This document shows positions 1-25,777 of a stretch of DNA of 33,008 bases, piece by piece. Numbering within the stretch: the stretch's first letter is position 1; every line of letters begins with the position of its first letter. A program made the position numbers and the translations under genes. This DNA comes from Octopus bimaculoides. Taxonomy: Eukaryota. Below the pieces are notes generated by a model. It saw only the letters and a program-made list of their open reading frames with translations, made no database searches and had not been told where the DNA came from. The stretch is taken from positions 1,169,054 through 1,202,061 of the forward strand of contig NC_069010.1 in assembly GCF_001194135.2 (NCBI RefSeq). The letters run 5' to 3'.

Positions 1-15427
<15,427 letters not shown>

Positions 15428-15428
15428 T

Positions 15429-15490
15429 AGAAATAAAAGGAGAGGAAGAGGGAAAAGGTAAGATATAAGGAGGGGAAGGAGGATATAGAA

Positions 15491-15521
<31 letters not shown>

Positions 15522-16140
15522 ATGAGAGAAAGGAAGAAAAAAGAGAGATAGGGAAATATAGGGAAGAGGAGGGATATATGAATATACGAGGTGCTGAGAA
15601 AGAAAAAAAGAGAAAGGGAGAGATATGTTAATGTATGCGATGGCAGAGAAAGAGAGAGAGAGAGAGAGAGAGTATGTGAGTGTGTGCATGAGAGAAAGAG
15701 AGAAACTGATATATAGGTTCAGAAAGTGAGCGAGAGGATGAGGTGAACGATATAGCAAGGCAGGCGGGGGTGGTTAAAATGAATATATAATGAGGTGCTG
15801 AGATAGAGGAGATAAAGAGGGAGAAGTAGATAGATAGGTTTTGTATGCGAGAGAGAAAGAGTGTGAAGATGCTTTGCGTGTTTTTAATGAGGTACAGAGT
15901 GAGGGAGTTAAAAGAAAAAGCAAGGGAGGGTAAACATTCAGTAATATATGATGAGGTGAGAGACGGAGGCGAAGGGAAAGAAACAGAGAGAGAGAGACAT
16001 AGAGGGAGAGCGCGCTGTTGGACGATAAATATATTTACTATTAGAGGAAGGGTATGAGTTAGTAAAGCGAGCAAAATAGGCGGAGACATGCTTATACGAT
16101 GCAGTAAGGGGCATCAACGATGAAAGGGTAAGAACGATAA
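15429..16140. repeat. Purine-rich (GA-rich) low-complexity block, opposite polarity to the satellite
   Basis: Abrupt switch to A/G-rich sequence with (GA)n runs at ~15490-15520 and ~15650-15671. No regular periodicity seen. Confidence 0.8.
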
Positions 16141-16959
16141 CTCCCTTTTTGCTTTAAATTATTTTCTTTTTTGTTAAAATCTGTTTTACTGCACAGAATT
16201 TGAAGATTTCCAAATATGATTTAATGTAAATAATAGATCGAAGTGTTTATAGCACATTATCAATAAATATCGAACACTTTTCCACATCACTGATTGCTTT
16301 TCGTTTAACATCTAAAAATTTCGCTGTTTTAATATTGCGATCCTTAACCCCTAGATTCACGCCTCCCTGCAATCGTCACACAGACCCTATTGTGGTTGCA
16401 CCTGCTAGAAACAACAGCCAAATCTCGCATACGAAATGATAAAGTATAAAATGTTTTTATCATCCTTCCTTAATTTCTTTGGAAATTAATTAAATTTCTT
16501 TTTTCTTATTCAGATTTGGTCAGAAAACTCCAAAGATAAGCCAGTGCCTCAGCAATAAATACGAGGGGAGAACAAGAATATGCAAGGCTAGTACAGTTTA
16601 GTGCAGCCGTGCACCGGTTGTCGTCCTATTTTAAGCTGCAAAAATGTGAAAGTCAAATACGAGAGGAAAGGGATCAGACCGGAAGTAATGGGAATGGAAC
16701 AGGAAAGAAGTGAATGCCATTGAATACAAAAACGTGAACTAAACCCTAAAATTTGCGAATATATTTAGGTAACAGGAAACAAAGTATTTTTCCATTTTTA
16801 AAAGATAGAAAATCTTGGAATACATGTTTGTCGGTTTGTTCATGCTATGGGCGTAATGTTGTTTATTTTATTTTGGCTGACATCCATCTCGATAATCTCT
16901 TGTTTTAAGTATTCTACGGTTGAAAGCACGAATCCCGATAAAACCGCTGGCAAAATAAA

Positions 16960-18700
16960 ATAAAATCGATTTTCTGTCTCAACTGAAATATGCATGCCTT
17001 GTGATCCTCCTGTTTTCTGGGATACATGGAAGAATTATGTTGCTGAAGAAAAATGCACCAGAACAATGAAGAAATCATCTCTAAACGGAAATTGAACATT
17101 GTTCTCATAAATATCCAATGGAAGCTTGAAGTTGACATCTTGGATATCTACAGCCACAATGGTATTCTTTGACCAAATACAAGTATTGTTGAAGTAGCTA
17201 ATGTTCCAAATGGGCTTAGAAAAGAAACCATTTTTAAGGCAAAAAAAACATAAATAAAATTCTGTCGGCTTTGGACATCGAGCAACGATTGGATATTGAT
17301 AAAGCTATCAGGTCCATAAATAGTAAAGTAGGAAGAATTCTGTTCTTAAATGCAAATGGTGGCACAGGGAGAAACATACGTGATCAACATCATACTTGAT
17401 AGTTGCTACTGCCATGTCTGGAATTGCAACCACTTTGCTTCTGAAAGGGAGAGTTCTTCATTCTATGTCCAAGATTTCTCTCAGTGAGACTACAAAATCA
17501 ACATGAAAACTCAGAGAGAGAGACGTCACAAGAGAATGTGTGTCGCAGTCTGGTCTCTTAGTTATCGTTGAGATCAGGAAGGGGTATAATCATATCTGTG
17601 AGTTCCTTGAAAGGAGATTGCATGATGTGTGAGAGTGTAACAAAACTTTTTGTGGATTTACTATATTACTGTCTGGTGATAGAAAAGAAATTCTTGCAGT
17701 TATGTCATCTTGGGAGAGCATAGTTTGTTGATGCAACACGAAACAGATCTTTTCTTGAGGATTGAGTAGAAATAGTGAAGATAGGTACCAATCTAAGACA
17801 TCTTACAAAAGGTCATTCTGATGAAAACGGTCTGTTAATCACCATCTTGATGCAGGAAATGGTGACCTTTCTGTCGAAAAAAGTCTAGGTTCATTCAAAA
17901 TCAACCTGCTTTACAACTTTGGACTTTCAAGTCTATGTGATGTTGTCTTGCAAATAACTTCACAGACCCCTATGTGGCTTGGAAACAGACCCATTATTAC
18001 TCCAACAAATGAAATATCACAATTTGTGAATGAACTCATGTTGACCAAGATCCCTGGAGAGGTAAAGATATACAGAAGCTCAGATACAATTGATAACGAA
18101 ACTACCTCATCAAATTAATCAACAAACTCATACCATCAGAGTTTCCATCACATATTCTCACGCTAAAGACAAGAGGCTGCATTAGGTTTTAGAAGAATTT
18201 AGATGCTAAAAATGGCCCTTGAAATGCTTCCACGATCTTATTATTGCTACTGGAATTGCTTGTGGTTCTTTTGCAGGATCAATGCAGGTAATTTCAGGGA
18301 TTCCAAATGAGTCTCAATGAATGGAGTTCCCATTCACAGTTACCATACAATTTCCTGTGAAACCATTCTTTGCCTTGACATACAACAAAGCATAGGGACA
18401 AACATTTAAACAAACTGGGATATATCTTCCAACACAATTCTTATCACAAGGTCACCCGTAAGTTTCCTTTTCTAGAGTTTGGATGAAGCCTAATGGAAAA
18501 TTATTGGCAGAGAGAAATAGAAACTGTATTTTACTAACAATCGTGTCTACAAGGAGGTTCTACTTGACAACAAAATATGCATTTTAAGTAAGTTTAAAAA
18601 ATTGAATTACAGTTTTCATTTTTGAGAAAATTCCACAGGATTTTTAAACACTTTCTATAACAATGGAAGTGTTTAGGGAGACGCCGGGGCTTACAACAGC
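16960..18700 (+). mobile_element. Helitron remnant: decayed C-terminal half of RepHel (PIF1-type helicase) plus 3' tail
   Basis: Manual translation across frameshifts and stops gives CMPCDPPVFWDTWKNYVAEE, FLNANGGTG/TYVINIIL (Walker A region, ~17344-17400), AMSGIATTLLLKGRVLHS, FCGFTILLSGDRKEILAV, WLGNRPIITPTNE, PSEFPSHILTLK, QFPVKPFFALTYNKA*GQT, FLSQGHP*VSFSRV and NNRVYKEVL (~18563). These match Helitron helicase motifs in the correct order. A degenerate terminator-like gggagacgccgggg lies at ~18676-18690. Confidence 0.93.
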
Positions 18701-18731
18701 ACCAACAACAAATGAAATTTCAAAGTTTATC

Positions 18732-18737
18732 TTTATT
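18732..18737 (-). terminator. Candidate polyadenylation signal AATAAA for the death-domain exon
   Basis: tttatt on + reads AATAAA on the minus strand, ~240 nt downstream of the TGA at 18978. The motif is common in AT-rich DNA. Confidence 0.4.
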
Positions 18738-18977
18738 TCGAAATTTAATCTCCAACAAAAAGGGAACCAAACCAATAAAGGGGTCTCCATGTGGTAGATA
18801 AATCTGCTAGAATTAGTAGCCGAATCCTACTCCATTCACAACTTATCATCTTAAAGAATGATACATTAGACAAGGTGATTCTGGGTTCTCTGTACTTGGA
18901 TGGAAGGCACTTAATCATAGATCTCTGTATGGCGAATGTAGACTTGGGGTTAAACAACAGTTATATTTACAAACAAT

Positions 18978-19183
18978 TCAATTGGAGTCTGATAATAAAC
19001 ATTCAAGTGCAGTGAAACATTCAGTTTCTTCCAGAGCTTCTTCTAATATTCGAAGTGTATGTTTCGCTGGATCACAGCTTCTAAACCATTTGAGCAGCAT
19101 CTGGAAGCTTTGTTCCATAATGCTATAAGGACTGTCATGCTTGATGATTTCCAGGTCATCTTGTTTAATTCCTAATTCCCTTC
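18978..19183 (-). CDS. Terminal coding exon encoding the C-terminal part of a death domain (phase-1 acceptor)
   Basis: The acceptor is tttcataatgtatcttttgcAG|GA AGG GAA TTA GGA. It translates without stops or frameshifts as (G)RELGIKQDDLEIIKHDSPYSIMEQSFQMLLKWFRSCDPAKHTLRILEEALEETECFTALECLLSDSN*. This fits the death-domain pattern RELG-x4-I/L-x2-I-x7-EQ-x2-QML-x2-W...TL-x2-L-x2-AL. The ORF-track N-terminus MLMLLQLFHNVSFA is intronic under this model. Confidence 0.8.
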
Positions 19184-19654
19184 CTGCAAAAGATACATTA
19201 TGAAATAATTGCAAAAGCATTAACAATATAAAACCTATATACTGTGAATTATGAATATGACAAAGAAATTATGTGAATAGACGAGTGAGAAATACTTACG
19301 AAACACGGAAAATGGATGACATTATTATCTATTTGGAAAATATTGACAAAAATAATAAAGAAGTGGAAATAAAGGCTGGAAATTGAGAAGAAATATTTAA
19401 AAACGAATTAAATGAAAGTTACACATGAGACAACGTCTGGTAAATAGCTGGCAGGAGAAGTGTTTGTGTGGGTAACAGTGTATGGGAGCCTAAAGAATCA
19501 ACAAAGACCACAAACAGTTAGGTAATTTCATCCATCCGTCCATTTTCTTGCCCTCTATTCATATGAAGTTTGTAGGGGTAGAGTTTTCAGGCACCTCCTT
19601 CATACAATCTTATCAGGAGCAACCTTCATTAGAATTTCTGAAAGGATTTCCAAG

Positions 19655-19855
19655 CACGACCAGTTGAAACTATGGATATCATATCCTGTCAGTCGGTTCA
19701 ACTTGAAGAATTCCTCTTGTGATTCTTTCGTGTGACATTTTAATCTCATGTCAGGGGTACTGGAGCAACTGTAGCCTCTCAATGCAGAGAAGCAGTCACT
19801 TGACCTGGAGAGACACCCAAATCTCGAAGCTAGCGTTTGATAACGTCCCATGTTC
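19655..19855 (+). mobile_element. Possible highly decayed LINE reverse-transcriptase fragment
   Basis: Frameshifted NYGYHILSV...RI followed by NLE(A)AFDNVP resembles the RT motifs NYRGISLLSV and DLEKAFDRVP. The match is weak. Confidence 0.3.
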
Positions 19856-19889
19856 AAGGATTAATAAATGATTAAATAAGTAAAAGTGA

Positions 19890-20600
19890 CGGCCCTGGAA
19901 AATTCTCTGGGAATTGATCAAGGTGACTATTCAGGTAATGGTGCTTGGCACTCATGTTGAATCCGGGATCGCGAAAAGCCAACATCATTCTAGGAATCAG
20001 ACCTTTGCACTTTTCTGCCTCTTTATTCCCAATACAATTTTGTACAATTGCCACAAAAGACAGCCATACAGCCCCTTCCTAGATATTCATCTTCCTGCTA
20101 AATTCCTTATCACATGCAAAGGCATGAAGTTTAGCTCCATCTAACCCGTCTGCTTCGATCCTCTCTAAAGTCAAAGCAGAAACAACTGAATAAATATAAA
20201 CATTCAGCATCAATATTTAACGCCTCCACGAAGTGTCTCCTCAAGTCGAGCTACATATGGCTTCTCATGGTTATTCATAATGTTTGGGACATTCATAATG
20301 TTTAATAGACTTGCTTCCAGATTTTCATGGATGTGTCACTCCTTCTGTGTTTCTTTCCAACTCGGCTACTCCATATGCAGAGACGACATGGTAACTTTGT
20401 GGAGTCTTTCAGTTAGACATCGAGGATGTTGACAATTTTCAGATTCACACAGATGGTCAAATTATGCTCGTGCTATTTAAGCAAATGATTGACCATTTTT
20501 ATGTCATTCTGTACTTCTAGTAAATATACCGAGTGTCCAACTGTGTCCTCTCCATTGTGAAATAGAACAGACATGTCACCGCCAAGTGACACATTGGGAA
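19890..20600 (-). mobile_element. Decayed DNA-transposase fragment (Chapaev/Chapaev3-like; family assignment tentative)
   Basis: Manual translation gives LFHNG..VGHSVYLLEVQNDIKMVNHLLK*HEHNLTICVNLKIVN, STKLPCRLCIWSSR, HFVEALNIDAECL, ALTLERIEADGLDGA and WLSFVAIVQNCIGNK..MMLAFRDPGFNMSAKHHYLNSHLDQFPEN. This is collinear with the widespread invertebrate transposase family carrying MSxKxHxLHSHLDxFPENLG. It contains several stops and frameshifts. Confidence 0.8.
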
Positions 20601-20799
20601 AGTGTTTTCAATGTATACTACTATACTCTTGGATCGACCAATTCTGGAGAAAAAAAGGAAGTCTGTTGTGTATGTGCGCGCGCGCGTGTATTTGTATTTG
20701 TCTTTGCCTCCCTTAACTGTGTGAGGACCGGTGTTAGTTTGTTTACCCCGTCGCAACTTGTCGCTTCGCTGAAAGAAACTAATAGACTTAATAGACTTA

Positions 20800-20890
20800 A
20801 AAGCGTAGATTTGATTGAGGAAACTATTTAAGGCGGTGCCCCAGCATGGACAAGCAAAATGAACGCAGCATATAAAAGAATATAAAAATA
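20800..20890 (+). mobile_element. Degenerate SINE 3' end fragment
   Basis: aaggcggtgccccagcatgg followed by an A-rich tail (tataaaagaatataaaaata) resembles the 3' end of octopus SINEs as I recall them. Confidence 0.45.
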
Positions 20891-21137
20891 AAATTTAGTT
20901 TTCATAAATATTTCGAAAATCGTAAATATTTTAAAGAAATATCGAAATTAGTTTTATAGGAAAGTGGTTATACACCATTAGGTGTATACCCACTTCCGTA
21001 CATTAAATTCGGAAGAAACAACGAAACGCAGATTCTGAACCATCAACACAACAATACTTATTTACAGAGGAAATAGGCAGCACTTCGCCCTTTGGTTGCT
21101 GAGACGCCGTCAATGATGTTGGTGGTTATTTGTCTAG

Positions 21138-21188
21138 CTCCAGAGTTGGAATGTTGGAAAGAGCTGTCTCCAGAGTTGGAATGTTGGA
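21138..21188. repeat. Local tandem duplication, 30-bp period
   Basis: ctccagagttggaatgttgga occurs at 21138-21158 and 21168-21188. Confidence 0.95.
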
Positions 21189-21199
21189 GAAAGACAGCT

Positions 21200-21780
21200 T
21201 GAACGTCTGGGCTCATGGCCCGCCGGCCGAGAAAGAGAATGAAAAGAGCGGGAACATTTTAGATGTTGAACTCCACGCATGCGCATGAGACTCTTCCCGT
21301 GTTACTTACGGAACTAGTCCCTGCGCATGCGTGGATAAGCTTACCGGACATGTCGTCTGCTAAGGCATTACTACAGTTTCAAATTTGTTTTTTTCCTTCT
21401 CAAAAATCTCATCTTTTGTACTTTCAATGTTTAACTTGCTTTTCTTCCTGTAAAAATATTGTATTAAATAAAATTTCTTATTAATTATCACATTACACTA
21501 AATGGCCATTTATCTCATTAAAAATTTGCAGCTTAATTGCTGGTTTATCTGGAGTTTTGTGACCAAATACCAATCAGTAAAGAGAAGAATAAAAATAGGT
21601 TTTATATCACTTTGTTTCTTATATGAGATTTGGCTGTGATTTCTAGGAAGTCCATGGGCTATAGAGTTTATGTAAGGATTGCGGGGAAGTGTGAAGCTCC
21701 AGTTCCAGAACCGGAAGTGTGAAAAGGTGAAATTGTTAGAAGTCAAACGAAAAACGAATCATTGATGTGGAAGGTAATAG
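21200..21780. promoter_or_regulatory. Promoter-like region with two NRF1-type motifs and ETS-type motifs
   Basis: Locally GC/CpG-rich (ggcccgccggccga). TGCGCATGCG motifs lie at 21276-21285 (reverse) and 21322-21331. CCGGAAGTG is at 21711-21719 and GGAAGTG at 21685-21691. Splice donors point outward on both strands. Confidence 0.5.
21345..21351 (-). CDS. Candidate first coding micro-exon ATG TCC G (phase 1)
   Basis: The minus strand reads gcagacgacATGTCCG|GTAAGC: a purine at -3, a strong donor, and a phase compatible with the death-domain exon. The link between them is inferred only. Confidence 0.3.
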
Positions 21781-22085
21781 GGTTGAAAATGAAAAAGGAT
21801 GTAATAAGTGTTATCCTTACTTGCCTTCTTTCTCTCATCCCATCTTGCTCCCTAGCTTTCATTATTACCTCATACTCTTCCTCTATTAGTAAATATCTTT
21901 ATCGTTCCTCATCTCTTTCTCTACCACGTACTCCCCCTCTGTAGCTCTCTTTGCCTCTCCTTGCTCCCTCTCAATTCCTATCGATCTCTCGCTACAACAT
22001 GTTACAGTAGGCTCCTCCTCTCTCCTTTCTGTCATAGATTCCCTCTTGTCTACCTTACGATACACATACATAATTTGGTATAGAT

Positions 22086-22092
22086 CTCTCTC

Positions 22093-22126
<34 letters not shown>

Positions 22127-22129
22127 CTT

Positions 22130-22175
<46 letters not shown>

Positions 22176-22185
22176 TCTTTCTCTC
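22086..22185. repeat. Interrupted (CT)n microsatellite
   Basis: Read directly from the sequence. Confidence 0.9.
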
Positions 22186-22556
22186 TCCTATAATCACTCC
22201 AAGAGAGATTATGACATCACAATTTCAGGAAATTCTATCTGAAGACTTTGATCCCTTCAATTCGGCTCTCATCCCAATTGGTGTCAAATCGATCTCAAGA
22301 TGATATCTACAATAACTACTGATCTATTTATTTCGTATCTTAATTTCCAGCCGTTTACTGATAACTTTCTTAGTATAATGATGTCTTCTTCCTTAAGCTG
22401 TCTTTTCTTTCTTTCTTCTTTCATTTCCATTCTTTCTTTCTTACGCTCATTCATTAATTCTTTCGTTCGTTTGTTTGATTTATCGATTATTTATTGATCT
22501 ATTGATTTAAACATATTTCTCATATTTTAGCTTACTGATAACATTATAAATGAATT

Positions 22557-22626
22557 CTATCTATCTATCTATCTATCATCTATATGTGTGTGTGTGTGTG
22601 TGTGTGTATGCGTGACTGTCTGTATT

Positions 22627-22667
<41 letters not shown>

Positions 22668-22725
22668 ATACATATATATATATATATACACATACATACA
22701 TACATACACACACACATATATACTA
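22557..22725. repeat. Compound microsatellite (TCTA)n-(TG)n-(TA)n-(TACA)n-(CA)n
   Basis: Read directly. It adjoins the 3' end of the minus-strand SINE. Confidence 0.92.
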
Positions 22726-22730
22726 TACAA

Positions 22731-22993
22731 TAGAAGACGACGTATGAACATTCAGCTTTTGCCAAAAGATCTGCACAAGTGATTTTTTATTGTAATCAAA
22801 ATGCATGTGTTGTATATTATTTTCTCCATCAAATCAACGTTGTCCGAACAGGTGCACGGTATACCTCGCGTCAACAGTCGAAGTGATCGCAAAGCACCAT
22901 GAGATGGAGTATTTGGTTCAAGAACATAACGCACCACCCGTTCTAGTTATTGAAACCAGGATCTGGCAAGTGTAAGCACACCATTCTAATCAC
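22731..22993 (-). mobile_element. tRNA-derived SINE (decayed)
   Basis: The minus strand begins gtgattagaatggtg...cctggtttcaata (A-box/B-box-like head). It continues gcgttatgttcttgaac...ctttgcgatcacttcgac...ggcaaaagctgaatgttcatacgtcgtcttc, matching an octopus SINE I recall. Confidence 0.65.
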
Positions 22994-23454
22994 TATTTCA
23001 TGCGTCCTCATTTCATATATATTATTGAGAGAATATAATACTTCTGAGAGAGATGCTAGCCTCCGGGTTCACCGGTTTTATCCAGTGTATCAATGAAATA
23101 CAAATAAGTGTCCCATTGATGCAATGGAGAAATGGACAGATAGACATCCGTTTATTAGTACAACTCCGATTTCGAGTAACATCAATATCTGACAACCTAC
23201 AATTGTTTCCAAGCTCAATTAATTCAAATATCAAACAATTAAATTAAATTAAAGATGTATTTTGAATACAGTTGACTGAAAATTTTGTCAGAGTTAGAAA
23301 TCGACCGAAAGAAAGGAATACCATTTCAATGGATCGAGTGATCATTGTCAGTCTCAGCATTAAATTCAGATGTGCGCGCGTGCGCATGTTAATATTCTTT
23401 AAAATAACCGTTACTTGCGTATATGCAATTCTGTCTTATTTTTATTTGTGTTGT

Positions 23455-23478
23455 ATATATATATATATNNNNNNNNNN

Positions 23479-23512
<34 letters not shown>
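23455..23512. repeat. (AT)n / 10-N gap / (TG)n microsatellite
   Basis: Read directly from the sequence. Confidence 0.9.
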
Positions 23513-23515
<3 letters not shown>

Positions 23516-23519
23516 TTGA

Positions 23520-25060
23520 AAAACAAAAGAACTGTTAGATTGGGTAAACAATACTTTCGATACAGTTAACAGTATGTAAAACCATTTATTATTATATTGT
23601 CATTATTACTTGTGAGAGTATGAATGCCAATATAGTTTTTTGATTACTTAAGGGTGTTTTCTATGTCACTCAGTCATAACTGTTGGTTTTAATAATTAAT
23701 CAGTAATTTTTAATTAATAATATTTCTATTTCTAAAGACGCATTCATGGATAGCAATACGCTTTTTTGTAGCATTTCCCATTGATCCGATATAAAAATAG
23801 TTTTTACCTTTATATTCTACTTTACATCTATAAACTACATTTTTTGCTGGCAATAATTTTCACACAATTATCTTTAAATTTGCAATCACAATATATATTT
23901 TTGTTTTCATTCTTTTATTATTATTGCCCTTATCGTTAGTTCTTTATTTTTGTCTAAGATGGGATCCAACATAAGTTGTTTCTCTTTGTACCTTAAAATG
24001 CATATTAGCACGCTCATTATGATCATAAAAGTCTATGTTGTCTTGTAATCTATCGGTACTAAATTTAACCGTATTTTTCTAGGAATTAGTTAACTTCTTA
24101 TTAAGTGAAGATATAACCTGGGAAACATTAGTCGAGACAATATCCAATATAATATTGTGCTTACTAGGAGTTCCATAACAATTACTTAATTGTGGGTCAA
24201 TATTATTTATATATGGGGTATGTCGTTTTATCATGTTTTTATTTTTATGAATAACATTAGACGAACGGAGTAACAAATTGGTTTCCGTATGTAGGATTTC
24301 ATTGTTACCTAGTGCATCTTTATTTATATTTTTATCCTTATTCTGATTCTTTCCAGATCTTTAAGATTTTTTATTGTTATCATCAATCATACCTATGTTA
24401 TACGTATCACTGTAGTTTATATTTGGAGCGTAATATGTTAACCGCTGCTTATATCCTGCTCTACTGAGTGCCGTGTTGGAATAATCCATATTTTTGTAGA
24501 AAATGTCTCTATTTGATGATATATTTGATATTCTTCTAGGTATATTGTAAACAAAATAATTTATGATAGATTCAAGATGATTACATCCGATATTTATACA
24601 ATTAAAGTTTGTGTTTATAGCTCCCAGTAACAAGGTTAAGATTCACATCTCGGAAGTTAACTGACCCATGTTCATGTTCGATGGTTGTGGAGAGTCCTAA
24701 TTTTTTAAAAAACCTTATACAATTCTAACTTTCTACTATACAAGTTTCTAAGCGTAAAAAGCCCATCATCCCTATAGAAAACTCCCGCAAGTTCAGGAAA
24801 AATCCCTACTTTAAGTAAATGGGATATAAATACCTGTTAGATGAGTGACCTGCATAGAATCTGCAGATCACATTGTTATCTCAAAGCTATTAATATTGTC
24901 TTTTTAATCCAATATTGGTTGTCTAATACAATAACAGCTTTCCTAGCAACTAAGGCCATGTTAATTTCTTCCATACTTACTCTAGATTTTTTTTCGCACA
25001 AACAAAAGGGTCTTCTTTATAATATTTGCTTAATTAGAAAATAATTATATCAATTTGTGA
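23520..25060 (-). mobile_element. Penelope-like retroelement remnant (RT + GIY-YIG endonuclease)
   Basis: The RT region reads WIKKDNINSFEITM, YRDDGL (24776-24759), VNFRDVNLNLVTGSY and NHLESIINYFVYNIPRRISNISSNRDIF. Downstream is the endonuclease: CDCK, KNVVYRCKV (VVY 23838-23830), YFYIGS (YIG 23793-23785) and KKRIAIHECVF. RT followed by GIY-YIG is diagnostic for Penelope-like elements. Confidence 0.92.
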
Positions 25061-25384
25061 AAATTTATTTCTAGTTTTGTTTTCAATACTATGAAAGCAA
25101 TTTGTTACTGCGTGTGGATTGGACATGTATGTACGTACGTACATATGTATGTGTGTATGTTATCAATCAGTTTCATTTCTGTATTTCTTGTCCATAGAAA
25201 AAGAGCCGGACTCTAACATAGATTCAAGGCTCCTTTATTGGAACTTTTATCAACATCATCTAGGTATTTGTGCATATGTGTGTGTGTGCAGTATTTGGTG
25301 TTAGTGTATGCGCAGATTTGTATGTTTGTTTTATGGATGCGTTTTTATGCATATATTTTCATGTCTAGATGCATGCATATGTAT

Positions 25385-25651
25385 TTATGTGCTAAATTTT
25401 TGGAAGGTTTTACATATCTTTACAGTTCCATTGATGGCGTGAATCTGTAGTCTTCTAATCAGCCTTTTTCTTTCAGGTTTTGAGAACCTTAATTTTTCCA
25501 GGTTTTTGTTGAGGCAGTTCGTTACATATCCCAATGCCCCAACAATCACGGGTATGAATCTGAACTTGTAGTCTGGGTGGAGTATCTGCAAATTTCTCAG
25601 TAGCTCGGCGTAGTTCTCTTTTTCTCTAATCTTTAGCGTGATGTTGACATC
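25385..25651 (-). mobile_element. 3' fragment of an R4/Dong-like non-LTR retrotransposon (restriction-like endonuclease C-terminus)
   Basis: DVNITLKIREKENYAELLRNLQILHPDYKFRFIPVIVGALGYV...LIRRLQIHAINGTVKICKTF matches the EK..KY..L...L.....PIVxGALG tail of RLE-bearing elements. It is 5'-truncated at a microsatellite. Confidence 0.8.
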
Positions 25652-25777
25652 CTACGTACGTACGTACGTATGTATGTATGTATGTATGTATGTATGTATG
25701 TATGTATGTATGTACGTACGTATGTATGTATGAACGTACGTATGTACGTATGTATGACGTAAGTATGTATGTATGCA
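25652..25777. repeat. (TACG)n/(TATG)n compound microsatellite
   Basis: Read directly from the sequence. Confidence 0.93.

Noticed and set aside
16559-16760. tacgagggg resembling a mariner TIR start
   Set aside because: No partner TIR or transposase sequence was found.
19184-19226. ORF-track start MLMLLQLFHNVSFA for the death-domain ORF
   Set aside because: This stretch is better explained as the intron end (pyrimidine tract plus CAG) and does not resemble death-domain helices.
19281-19360. Minus-strand segment with good-looking acceptor and GTAAGT donor just upstream of the death-domain exon
   Set aside because: The only open frame ends in phase 0 and would hit a stop in the next exon. The phase-1 frame contains TAA.
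20667-20691. Alternating purine-pyrimidine tract with (CG)n (Z-DNA-prone)
   Set aside because: It is short and typical of decayed (TG)n microsatellites in this kind of genome.
21113-21202. + strand peptide LAPELECWKELSPELECWRK resembling the missing death-domain N-terminus
   Set aside because: It is on the wrong strand relative to the death-domain exon, is short, and the resemblance arises from the 30-bp duplication.
22930-22993. tRNA-like A/B boxes
   Set aside because: This is a SINE head; no cloverleaf can be formed, so it is not a tRNA gene.
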